Below are positions 49,864 to 61,030 of a stretch of DNA of 64,000 bases, piece after piece. Both the position numbers and the translations under genes were made by a program. The stretch's first letter is position 1. Each line of letters begins with the position of its first letter. Source of the DNA: Amphiscolops sp. MND2022 (Eukaryota); contig OZ076409.1 in the NCBI GenBank assembly GCA_964187785.1, positions 98,520,001 to 98,584,000 of the forward strand, written 5' to 3'. The notes under the pieces were generated by a model, which worked only from the letters and a program-made list of their open reading frames with translations, searched no databases and was not told the origin of the DNA.

Positions 49864-50318
49864 TCTGCGGCGAAATTTCTTGGCTGCTGTTTTTCGAGTT
49901 TGATTGTTTCACAATGAATTTCCTCGGATAATTGGGATTGCTGAGAATGTTGGGATAAATCCCTTCATTCTGATTGGTTAATCAATCTTTTTAATCCTTT
50001 TGATCTGCAGTTGTTGACGTTATGTCGACGACTCTTTTTATTGGCCAAGAAATTGAAGTAATTCCTTTAACCAAACTTGTCAACGTTATGCTGACGTCAT
50101 TTTCGCTAGCTTAGCTAGCTTTTGATTTTGTCACCGTTTTGATGACGTCATTTTAGGATATAGGATTAATTTCTTAACCCTGATAACCTTTTTGTCGACG
50201 TTATGCCGACGTCTATTTCGTTGGTAGTTAGCCAACTTTCATTTTTATCACCGTTATGGTGACGTCAATTATGGGTGTTTTCATCTGTAGTTCTACTTTC
50301 AGATTCTCTGCTGTTTTG
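49864..50318. promoter_or_regulatory. Putative bidirectional promoter of the accessory cassette
   Basis: 455-bp AT-richer gap between two divergent ATGs; ATTGG (CCAAT) boxes near 49973 and 50040; clustered TGACG(TCA) motifs at 50011-50267. Confidence 0.5.
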
Positions 50319-53300
50319 ATGGATTCTCGTTCCAGAAAACTTCTTGCCAACGATCCTGGTGCCCAGAGTGGTCAAGAAACACAGTTTCTCTTTTCGGAGG
50401 GAGATGTGCGAGATAGTGAGACCGATCTCGTCAGCCAGCGTGTTCTTGGTGAGAATTTCTTCTTTATCCCCGCTTTCCATTAAGTCTTTGTGAAAATATA
50501 CTTTTAGCAGTTAGGCCTTTCCTGCTTTAGTATTTCCACGACTTAGATTTTCTTGACGCGTCGAAGTTGGGGTTATTGTTTTTAGCGGCTGGTTCAGCTG
50601 TCTCCGCTGCTATCTCTTCGCATGACCCTGGGACTTCTTGTCTCCCTGCTGATCTTGCCACCGTTCCAGTTGAGCCTCTTGGAGAGCCTTCTGAGGGAGC
50701 GACTGCTGCGCTGGTCGATACTTCTGTTCCAATTGCTGTTATTGCCTCTACGGGTCCTAGTGCGGAACTTCTTCCTGTTTCTGCTGGGCCCTTGCGTGGT
50801 ACTCACGGAGGTGAGGACTCTCCCCCCTCTTCTGAAGACGAAAGGACTTTGCAAAGCTTCAAGGCGGTCAGTAGCCAGGCTGTGACTTCGCCTCGATTCA
50901 GCTCATATTTGTCCGGCGTTGCGTCAGCCTTCGGGACCAAGACTTCTTCTCCTACCGTCAAACGTGGTAAGTAGATGGAATGTTGTTGTTATTGATTTGT
51001 TGTTAATGTTTCTCTCTTTTCCGTGAATGGGTCGTGTTGTTCAGTATCTGTTATGTAATTTTATGTTGACAGTTCGTATGGCGTCTCCCGAGAAGCAAGA
51101 TGCTTGTGTGCCGACGACTTCAAGTCAGCCTCATGTCCTGGCGTCTAGTAGCCCGAAAAGACCTAGAGGGTTCGAGTTTCTCAGTACTGATGAGGAAACT
51201 GTTGTGCCCCCACCGGCTCCTCGAGATGCCTCACAAGGCACCCGATTGAGAGACGTACTCGGCTCGGATGTGGAGGGCTGGTCTTTGGAACCCTTTGTGG
51301 CAAGTACGTAATTTCTTTTCCAGAGTTTTTGTGTCGATGCGTTTGTCGCATTTTGCTTCTGTGTCGGCTTGGCCTAATCGAGGGTTTTCCTGGTGGCGTA
51401 TGGTTTGTATGACGCCTGCGTTGTAGCTAAGTCTGTGTTCTAAATTTTTGTTGTGCTCCTGTTGCATCAGTATTTCATCTAATTAGATGGCAATTTGTGT
51501 CAAAATCCATATGTATCTTGTTGGCATCGCCTTCATGTCGAGTTAGCAGTGTTTTGTTGTTGTAGAATTCGAAGAGTTGGTGAGCAGAGTCGAGACTACC
51601 CTCGAGAATGTTTCCCCTAGTCGGAAACGGGTGTACAGCCCGCGTAATCGACTCCGACGAGATATGGTAGCCAACCATCCAGTTTTCGAGTTGTTTGTGA
51701 GTGGCTCCAGCACTGGTTCAAACAAATTGTTCTATTGCATGATTTGCCAACGCGACGTCTCAATGGAATCACGGGGGGCTGCTGAATTTGCTCGCCATTT
51801 CTTCGGGAAGCGCCATTGGGAGCTGGACGTGACCTACCGAGTGCAGAACAATCTGCCTGTCTTTAACCGGCTGATGGACCCAATGGAGTTGTCCGAGGCT
51901 CAGTTGGAGGCGTATGCGAATCGTCCTTCTAAAGGGAAATCTGAAGGCTTCAGCTTTCCTGAGGACCTTTTGCCCACTTGTACCCGAGTAGATTCGTCTG
52001 TGCCCCTGTTGACGATGGTTAATTGTCTGCTCGAACTATGTCGTTGTGGCGGCAGTTATACCCTACTGCGGCGATTGTGGGGAAGCTTCCGGGCGACTTT
52101 GGGCCAGGAGAACCCGTTGGATAAACTGAGTTGGGATCGAGCTGAATCGTTGGTTAGTTTTTTTTTCTCCTCTTGATATCGATGTGTTTGTGCTATTTGT
52201 TGAGCTTTCTTTTTGTTGTCGAGATCCGTTACGTCTCATTGACGACATACACTTGTGATGTTGTTTGTCTTGTTTTAGTCTCTGCTTTGTCGTGCCATAT
52301 TTCCCCGTGTGTTGCGATCCCTGTTTGCCCGAGTGACTGCTTTCAAGGATTACAGTCTTGTGTACGAAGAACGGGTTGACGGCTTGTACTGTTTCGTGCG
52401 TACTTGGGACGACACTAATCTGCAAGAAGTCTGCGTCCGTGTTGAGCCTCTTGGACAGCGGGTCCCAATTGCCGAGTTATCTTGCATGTCGCGCGTTGTC
52501 GATAGTCTCGTTTCATGCCGGTGGCCAGTAGCTATACAAGGTGGGAGTCCTACCTTGCATCGTGTGCTAAGTGACAATCGGGTGGATGGGCGTCGCTTCA
52601 TTGTCTGTCGCGAGTTCACAGAAGATGTTTTCCTGCAAAGTTACCGAGAGGCGCATCACGAGATTTTTGGCATGTTGGAAATGACGTCTATGGTCGACTT
52701 TCTGATGCTTCGTCTACGTGGTGCCTTACAGGAGCCTTGGATGGAAGACGTAGTGGATCTTCGTCGTTGCGTTGTTGCCGGGCGTGTTGCCTTCGCTGAA
52801 CTTTGTGAAGTAGTTACTGACCTAATCTCAATCTGGGAGTCAGTTCGAGAATACGTGCGGTATACTGGTCCTGTTGAGCTGCAGACCCAACCTGAGAGGG
52901 TAAGTTCCTTTATATGTTTTTAATTGCATCGGCGGGGTGTCAACTTTGTGTAGTTGGGTGGGTCTTTCGGGGGTTTCTGTAGCGTATTATGCTTTCATCT
53001 TTGTGATTTGGCTTGTTTGTGTTGCAGATGCGCGGAATCGACTGGCTTGTATTCTCAGAGAATACGAATGAGCTGCGCCTGGGTCTGTTTCTTCACATTT
53101 TGGAGCTGCGTTAGTTATATTTGTGTGGTATAGTGGTGTTCCTTTTGACATGGGGGTGGGTTATTTTTGGTATTTAGATTCCTGTACTTTCAAAAAACAG
53201 CGGGCTAGACGAGGAGATTACACTTTTCACTGCTATAGTGAGTTGTGCCAGTTCGTCTATTGTCTGTTGACCCGAAGCCGAAAAGTGTCGTCTCTGCCAG

Positions 53301-54409
53301 AAATGAATTCATGGGAAGATTACATGGATTCAGAGAAGATTGCCAGCTTCCCCAAGACCAGTGATGCTACTTTTCTCTGTAATTTTGAGTTTGGTGAGGT
53401 TCTCCGGCAGAGAAATACAAGTGAAGTCAAGGATTTCCGTACTCGATGTCGCCGTTTTATCGATCGTCTTGTGGACGTCATTTTGTCGAAATTGTTGGTA
53501 TCCTCTGATTTCTTGCAGGGCGTGTACTGCTTCTGTCCTGAGTTGCTTCTGGGTGGAGATGATCACTGTGTTTTCACTCTGTTCAGCCGATTGATGCGCG
53601 TTCTCGAGAAGAGCGGGGTTGTATCCAGTGCAGAGTCAAGGAGTGCAGTTGAAGAGTTCGCCACGTTTGTTGTGGACATTCGTGCCCGCCATTTGTCTAG
53701 CGGACAGCAGTCCGAAGATATCGCTGATGTGATTTCTTATCTTCTAGCTGATTATGGCTTTTTGGCACGCAAGTCTTTGTGTCACGTCTTTAAATTGTGC
53801 TGCCTCATGATTCGGAGGCCTTTGCCTCATTGTCCTCAAGTGCGTATCAGCTTAAATGGGTGTGATGTTCCCTCCAGTATTGTGACATCGTGTATTCGGG
53901 GCATCCAAAGTTATGTTTCCACTTCTCATTACCAGCAGGGATCTTTCTTCACAAAGCATACCATGGAGTGTGTTCGTTCTGCTATCTCGGGGTCGCAAGA
54001 TTTCATGGTACAAGCTGATTTTGATCCTTGGAATAGAGTGTGCAGTGATGGTCATGCAGTTTTTATGGAACGCTTCCAGAATTTGTTTAAAGATCATCTT
54101 GCACGTCGTAAGGAGGGAGCTCATGATCGTCTGTATCGTGCTAATCGCTCAAAACCTGCTAGAGATAGTGATACTTCGTGTGCTGTTGGAAGTGGTGGAA
54201 GCCCTACTTCGTCTGTTGTCTCTGCTCCTGCAACTAGTACTTCAAGTAGTGCTGTATCTTTTCGTCAGAGTAAGACTCGGGGTCATAGCAGTTTGGCTTC
54301 CTTGCTTGGGCGGAAGAAAGAGTGCAAAGAGAGTGGGACTAGTTGTTCCAAGGAGAAAGTGACGAAACGAGGTCAGAAAAGTCAGAAATCTGGGGGAGGA
54401 TCCAAGTAA
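50319..54409 (+). CDS. Antisense seven-exon accessory gene of element C (~1087 aa), BED-like Zn finger / hAT-transposase-derived; exons 50319-50448, 50586-50966, 51073-51303, 51566-52152, 52279-52899, 53028-53109, 53178-54409
   Basis: Six GT-AG introns (donors gtgaga, gtaagt, gtacgt, gttagt, gtaagt, gttagt; T-rich acceptors) with matching phases 1,1,1,0,0,1 join into a 3264-nt uninterrupted frame; C2H2 motif FYCMICQRDVSMESRGAAEFARHFFGKRH in exon 4. Confidence 0.85.
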
Positions 54410-54659
54410 CATTACGTTATCAGTAACTTGCATTAGTCTGATTTATTGTTGTAGTTAGTTTGTTGTTTCCGTTTTAATGTATTGTTTTGAATTTGCAATG
54501 AGTCGTCGCTATGATGACCATTATAATTGATGTTGTAGTGGTAAAAAGAATATGTACAGGAGTAGTTAGTAAAAAGAAAAGGAAGAGGGTAGTTGTGTAC
54601 CCTAATTGAAATTTGTCAAATCGGTTCGATTTGGACTCCTGTCATTATCTTTTCTCTTT

Positions 54660-57600
54660 TTAGTGAGTCGTAGTTATAGCGTCAAGTCGTCTGAAGTCAG
54701 GGTTAGCATTAGGTTCAGGATTAGGTCTCAGATTATACTTTGCTGTTTTCCTTGGGTTATACCCGACAACTGTAGGCGGTGATCTTGGGGGAATAGGTGG
54801 GCTTTCAAGGGGTGGGGGGCGGCGTATGTATGGGTTATCCCCCACGTCTGTAGTAAGGTTTGAAAAATCCGGAGACGGCGGCGCCTCGTCATTCAGGTCA
54901 TTAGTTTGGTTTCTTGGCATTTGTGTCGTCGTGTTTTCGTCATTCGTGTTTGTCACTTCTTGTATTTCTGCGTGTTGGTTATGTTTTGTATCAATTGATG
55001 TTTCGTGTTCGTCAATTTGTTTTCCGAAATCCATTTCCCACGATACCGCATACCACTCATTGTGTGACACTTTGACTTCTGGATCGGGAAGATACTCGTT
55101 TGCTCGTACTGTGACGTCAGGCACGCGTTGTTCTGGCGTGTAAGGTCGTATACGAATTCTGTGTAGTGTTTGTGTGTATCGCGTGCCAGTTTTTCGTATT
55201 GTGTAATTTTTATTTGAGAGTACTTTGATTACTATGTACGGTCCCGTCCAGATACAATCTTGAAATGCAAACTTTGTCGATTGATTGTCAGCTTTCGGAT
55301 TGAGGATGTAGCAGTAATCGTTGATCTTCAGTGGAGCAGCAGACGCTTTGCGGTCGTAATATTTTTTATATTTGAGTTAGGATAGCATTATATTGTCCTT
55401 TGCTGTCGCCCGTACCTCGTCTATTTGTTTTTGTATTTGCTCTGCTATGTCCGAGTTGGGCGTTGTTTTCCACTTTGGCTTGATTCCTAATTTTAGGTCG
55501 AGGACATTGTAAGGTATTCGTCCGTGGAATACTGTAGATGGTTCACAGCCCAGAGTCTCGTGGTATGTTGTATTGTAGTTCATTACAGCTATTTGGACAT
55601 ACTTGTGCCACATTGAACGTCGTTCGCCCGTCGAAATTTTTAGTGCGGTTTTGATCGACGCGTGTGTTCTTTCTAAAATTCCGATCGTCTGTGCATGTTT
55701 TGTAGACGCATGGCTGGTTTGAATCTCGAGTATTTGGGCTATTTCTGTGACGACTTCTGATCGAAATTGTGAGCCCTTGTCTGATAGGATTAGTGTTGGC
55801 AAGTATGCATGTCTTGTCATGACGTCGACAATGCATCGTCCGATTGTCTTTGCTGTGGCATTCTGTGTTGGGTAGGCGAATAGGTAGCGTGAAAATACGT
55901 CAATCATCGTAACGATGTTTTGGTATCCTGCAGAGTTGGGTAGATTCGGTAGTATGTCAATTTCGAGAATGTCTTCCGGGCCCAGAACGTGTTCTGTGTT
56001 GTTAATCATCTTTGGTCTGATTTGACTATTGCTGATTCGTTTGTATTTGATGCAGTCTTCACATTGCATTACCCACTGTCTGATTTTCTTCGCCAAGCCA
56101 GGGTAATAATACTTTGATCGGCATTCTTGGATCATTTTTGTGATCCCTGGGTGTTTTCCCATTTGTCCATGAATTGCTTTTAGGAGTTCTGTGATCAAAT
56201 GCTCGGGGATTAGTATTTGGTTATGTGTGACCTGGCCGCATTCTCCATAGTATTTGCGCATTAGTACTCCATCTTTGACTATAAGTCTGTTTTCGTGTAC
56301 TAGTAGACGTTTTGCTGTCGGGTCAGTTTGTAAGAGATGTTTATCATATTCTTCACATATCAGTTTTCTTTTGATTGCTTTGAATACTTGATTTGAGTCT
56401 TGTTCGACCCTGATGCGTGCGTCTTCCTTGATTGTCCCGAATGTATATGCGGCTTTGTTTATTGGTATCGGTAGTGTTTCGGTTATAGATAGTTTGATTT
56501 TTGTCGTTTCCTCGTCGCGGGCGTTCTGTCTAGCTTGTTCTTTCTGGGCGAGAATTTCCTCCTCAGTTTCGATTGTTTCATCAGGAAGGAAGAAGAGTTG
56601 TTCCTCGTCCGCTACGTCTGTGGATTGTAGGTTCACTTGTATTGGTCTGATTGTAATGTCGTTTCTGATCTTTAGTTCGACTCTTTCCTTGGGGTTGAGA
56701 TCGATTCTTGACAGAAAGTCGGCTGCCGTATTTTGCGTACCAGCTACGTGCATTATATGAAAATTGAATTGTAGCACATAGTCACACGCATTCCATAGCG
56801 TAGGTGGTATGGCTTTTGTTTGAAAGAACCTCGTTACTGATCTGTTGTCTGTCATTACGAGAGTTGGTAGGGTTGTTTCCCATAATATGTGGCTGTATTC
56901 TAGGAAGGCGTGGTAGATTGCCAGAAATTCTTTGCAATAGATTGACATCTTCAATTGTGCTGGTGAGAATACTTTTGATCCAAATGCTACAGGGGCGAAG
57001 GTTTTCTTCTTGGAATTGAGTTTTTTGTCGTTTTCTTCTTCGATCATTAGGGCGTATCCTGAGGCACGAAAACTAGCGTCTGTCATTAGGACGTATTGTC
57101 GTCCTGTAATTGGTTGTTTGAGGGCTAGTCCACATGCTTCCGCTAATGCTGTGTTGATCGCTTTGTATTGATCTAATAGTTCTTCTGTGATTTTGATTTG
57201 TTTGTCAGCTTTCAGTAGTTGGTAGAAACCGAGTAGCTTTTCAGACAACCTCGGGATATAGTTGCGGTAGTAGTTGACAAAGCCTATGTATCTCTGTACT
57301 TGTTTCTTTGATTTCGGGAATCGTACGTTTGCTAAGAATTTCTGGATTTTGTGGTCTTGGGGGGCGATTCCTTGTGGGGTGATCGTTCTTCCAAGGAATT
57401 CGACCTTGGTCACTCCAAAGTGGCATTTGTCGATGGATAGTTTGAGTCCTGCTTGTCTGATGCATTCGAAGACGGCTCGGATGTTTCGTATCAGCTGCGT
57501 CACGGAGTTGGCGGCTATGCCGATGTCGTCCACATATTGTGCACATTGGTCAGCTTTGATTACTTTATCCAAATATTCCCTCATGAAACTAGAGAATGCT

Positions 57601-59597
57601 GATAAAGCTCTGCTCAGTCCTTGTGCTAGTCGTTTGTAGGCGAACGTTCTGCTTGCGAAGTTGAACGCTAGCATTTCGATTGATCTCTGGTCTGCCATCT
57701 GTAGACAGTGGTATGCTTGGGAGCAATCTAATTTGCAGAACAACTTTTTCCCAGCTAAGTGTTGGGCTGCGTCCGACAGGGTGCTGACTGGGTGGTTGTT
57801 GTTGATGTAATCATCTGAAATTAGGGCGTTTATTTTCCGTAGGTCAACGAGTAATCGCAGCTTGCCATTCGGTTTGCGTTGTGCAAAAATTGGGCTCGCA
57901 TATTTTGAGAATGGTAGGGTCGTTATTATGCCGTACCTATGCATTAGTGCTAATTCGACTGTTAGATCTTCTTTCAGGTTAATTGGTACCGGCAAACTTT
58001 GCGTGTAAATTGGGCGCTCGTCCTTCGGAGTTAGTTTGACTTTGAAGCTATTGTTGATTCCGATGTCAAGGCGATGTCGGGCAAAGATATCGTTGTATTC
58101 CACTATTGTTTGCTCGAGTTGCTTCCTGTCATTGCCTTCGATTTGAGAACCTTCCCACTGGAACATGTCGAGGAACTTTTGTCTTGAGTCCTGGTCTTTG
58201 GTTGGGTCTAATTTTTCTTTCTGGATTAGTTCACGGATTTCCTTCAGGATCCGTCGTTGGATTGGCGTATGTTCTTCTTCGTTTCCCGGATTCTCAGGTG
58301 TGGGAAACCAGAAATTTTCATCACCCTGTTCAGTTTCGTTGGCCTTCATGAGTTCATTGACGTACATGTGGGTGTCATCAGGATCGTCTAGCAATTTGAG
58401 TGCTGCGGCGTCAACTGGTCGTATTTGTTTCGTGTCCTCAGGTTTGAGGATTTGTAGTTCTGCCAGCTTTGTATGATTCTTTATTGTATGTGGAAAATCC
58501 GTTAGGTTGGCGATTCTGATGTTGAGCCTTTTGTTATGGGCTGTCGCCAGAGCTGGTGCAACAATGATTGTTGCGGTTTCATCAAATTGTGGTAGTGGTT
58601 GTACCGCACCAGTGACGTTATGCAAGTTTGTGGTTATTACTATTGCGTTCACTGTTGTGGTTTGTTGGGGTGGTAGGGTTTGATTTCCTTCTGCCATTAT
58701 TTGGAGCGGTTTCGGGTTGCACTTTTTCAACTCGTCCGTCATGGCTAGCGTCATTTCTACGTGCGGGAAATTAATGGTCCCGTTGGCAGTGTCTATTACT
58801 GCTTGGTGATTTCTCATGAAGTTCAATCCTATGATGGGAAATGACGTTTTCGATAGGATGACGAAGGTGTCCGTGAAGGTATATGTTCCGATGTTGAACT
58901 GGATGTCCGCTGTGGCTATTGGTTGCTCTAGTTGTGCGTTTGCGCATTCAATCTTGAAAGGGGGTTGAGGGTACTCTTTTATGACGCAACTATCACTGTT
59001 CATTTTGATTGCGTTGTAGTCTGACCAGGACATGGCATTGATGAACGCACCGGAGTCGACAAGTCCATCCATTGTTATTTCACCGAATTCTAGTGGCAAG
59101 TACAGCATTCTCCTTCTGTTTTTGAGGATTATAGTGGAGTGGAGAGGTATATATGTTTCTCCATCCTTTTCGGCTACGTACTCCTTGATTGAGTTGAGTG
59201 ATGTGGGGAAATCGTCTGGGGGCGGAAATGTCTTGGTGAAGCTGTGATTATCTCCTTCATTTTGTTGTGACGATAGGTGGTCGTCGGAGGCGCTTTCATT
59301 TTGTTCTACCTGGTTTATAGCGGAGAGTTCTCTGTTGATGGGGGTTAAGTTGGTAGGACGATTTGCTTGTTGTTTAGGATTGTCCCTGTAGTCTTTGTCG
59401 TGAGTGTAGGTGTCTGCTTGTTCGGTTTGTGGATATGGCCTTTTTATAGAAGCGAGTGCTTGTCGTCTTAGCCAATCTACCGTTGGTGTGCCATCGCACC
59501 CTACTGTTGAGTCGTTTGTATAGGTGATGGGGGGATCTGTTGATGAGTACGCCCTCGCGGCTACGGTTTCCCCGAAACGCAGGCGCGGCGTATCTAG
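54660..59597 (-). CDS. pol: pol of element C (PR-RT-RNase H-IN), reached by -1 frameshift; one in-frame TAA at 55377-55379 in the integrase C-terminal region
   Basis: LVDSGA protease, RLLVDLRKIN/QYVDD RT, TDAS..CKEFLA RNase H, H..H..C..C and IDIL/SDKG/LER integrase; the frame is open from the gag end to 59108 and continues past the TAA through WTGPY to 54660. Confidence 0.92.
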
Positions 59598-59603
59598 TTT
59601 TTT
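59548..59603 (-). promoter_or_regulatory. -1 programmed ribosomal frameshift signal
   Basis: Slippery A AAA AAC directly before the gag TAG, followed by a GC-rich stem-loop (TACGCC...GTTTC-GGG-GAAAC...GGCGTA); pol is in the -1 frame. Confidence 0.8.
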
Positions 59604-61030
59604 GATTCATCTGCGGCTTGATTTGTCTGTTGTTGTGCAGAGTTATCTTGTTTTCTTTCTTGTTGGAAATGTCGTTTAGGTCTCGGGTCGTTTGCCGAGT
59701 TAGCTCCGTTCCAACAGTTTTCTGTTTTGTGGGGTTTTCCACAGGTATCGCATTTGGAGGTAATCCCGGTGGTGTTTCTGGTATGGCCATTATGTTTTCT
59801 TGTTTGTTGCCATTTGTCTCTCCGCAGTTTGCGGCATTCAGCCTTGAAATGGCCAAATTTATTGCAATAAAAACAGTACCCTTTTTTAGTGTTTTGGGTA
59901 GTGTTTTCGGCTTGTTTGGGCTCAGTTTTTGTTGGGGCTGGTTCTACTTTATTGAGGGGTACCAGAGTTACATCGTCTGGTGCTCCAAGTCCGTTAAGTC
60001 GCATTTCTCTCTCTAGGTGTAGGACAATGTCGTTATAGGGCTTGTCTTCGAGGTATGCCCTATTTAATATTTTCTGCACGTGATCTGGCATTTTCGCGTA
60101 GATTGCTTTGTCGATAAATTGCTGAGCTTGTGAACCGAACGCCTCTTTTGCTGTTTTTTGAAGGACGTCCAGGAATTCGTGGAGTTTCTGTGTCGAGGGA
60201 TCGAATTTAAGTGCGTCCCATTCACATCTGGCTTTTGCCATCGACAAGTAATCTCCGAAGCGTCGTTTGAAAATCGTCATGATCTCATCAAGTGAATCCT
60301 TTTTCGTATCTTCGATATTACAAAATGCTTGTAAGGCATCTCCCCTGAGGAGGGAGTGGAAGTAGTTTATTTTTTGGATTTCAGTAAGGTGCGGGTACAT
60401 TTTTATGTTATTCCGAAAAAGGTCTTCGAATAGTTCGAATTTTTCCGACTTCCCGTCGAAGGTCGGGAGTGACGCCGTGAGTGCTTTTGGCATGGGTAGA
60501 GTAGTGCTATCATTTTTATCTGTTGCGAATAAAGTCCTTGCCGCTACTGGACGTTCTTTTGACGGCGGCTGGCTCTGAGACCTGGCTTTTGTTCTTTTTG
60601 GCTGGTTTGTGGAATCGGTTAGGACTCCTGTCACCATGTTGCGACATATCATCGGGTCGTTTTGAGTAGAACTTATTCTCACTGATTTTGTGGGAGTGTA
60701 AAAACTTCTAGTTTCCTCCTCTACTTCTTCAGTATTTTCTCTAGTAACCCCTTTTGTTTCAGGCTTAAGGAGTTTCAACATCTCCTTCTGAGATTCAATA
60801 AGGAGATTCTTAATTTCTGACGTTATTTCTTCCTTCAATGAAGCTCTCAAGCTTTCAAGAAGACTATTCTCAATCCGGGGGGATTTGGGTCTAGAAGGCC
60901 CAGCTACTTCATCATTCTGATTCAAAGGACAAGAATCCCTTACTACTATAGGTGAAATCAAGCCTTCACTTACGTTCTCATCGGTGCTTTGCTGATCGTT
61001 CTTTCTTTTTTGGCTTCTTGTTGTTGACAT
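59594..61030 (-). CDS. gag: gag of element C (starts within the 5' LTR)
   Basis: ATG at 61030 (MSTTRSQKRK); LPTFDG..LLRGDAL capsid-like segment; knuckles CFYCNKFGHFKAEC and CDTCGKPHKTENC. Confidence 0.9.
   Translation of the reverse strand: MSTTRSQKRKNDQQSTDENVSEGLISPIVVRDSCPLNQNDEVAGPSRPKSPRIENSLLESLRASLKEEITSEIKNLLIESQKEMLKLLKPETKGVTRENTEEVEEETRSFYTPTKSVRISSTQNDPMICRNMVTGVLTDSTNQPKRTKARSQSQPPSKERPVAARTLFATDKNDSTTLPMPKALTASLPTFDGKSEKFELFEDLFRNNIKMYPHLTEIQKINYFHSLLRGDALQAFCNIEDTKKDSLDEIMTIFKRRFGDYLSMAKARCEWDALKFDPSTQKLHEFLDVLQKTAKEAFGSQAQQFIDKAIYAKMPDHVQKILNRAYLEDKPYNDIVLHLEREMRLNGLGAPDDVTLVPLNKVEPAPTKTEPKQAENTTQNTKKGYCFYCNKFGHFKAECRKLRRDKWQQTRKHNGHTRNTTGITSKCDTCGKPHKTENCWNGANSANDPRPKRHFQQERKQDNSAQQQTNQAADESKN

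Noticed and set aside
49132..54409. env gene in the third-ORF position of element C
   Set aside because: No signal peptide, furin/fusion architecture or C-terminal TM in either product; the large gene is antisense and spliced
54571..54589. AAAAAGAAAAGGAAGAGGG as the element PPT
   Set aside because: Purine-rich on the strand opposite to gag-pol and 5 kb from the 3' LTR, so it cannot prime plus-strand synthesis conventionally
59374..59856. 160-aa ORF overlapping the gag end as the pol entry frame
   Set aside because: It is the +1 frame and stops at 59374; the -1 frame is the one continuous with pol
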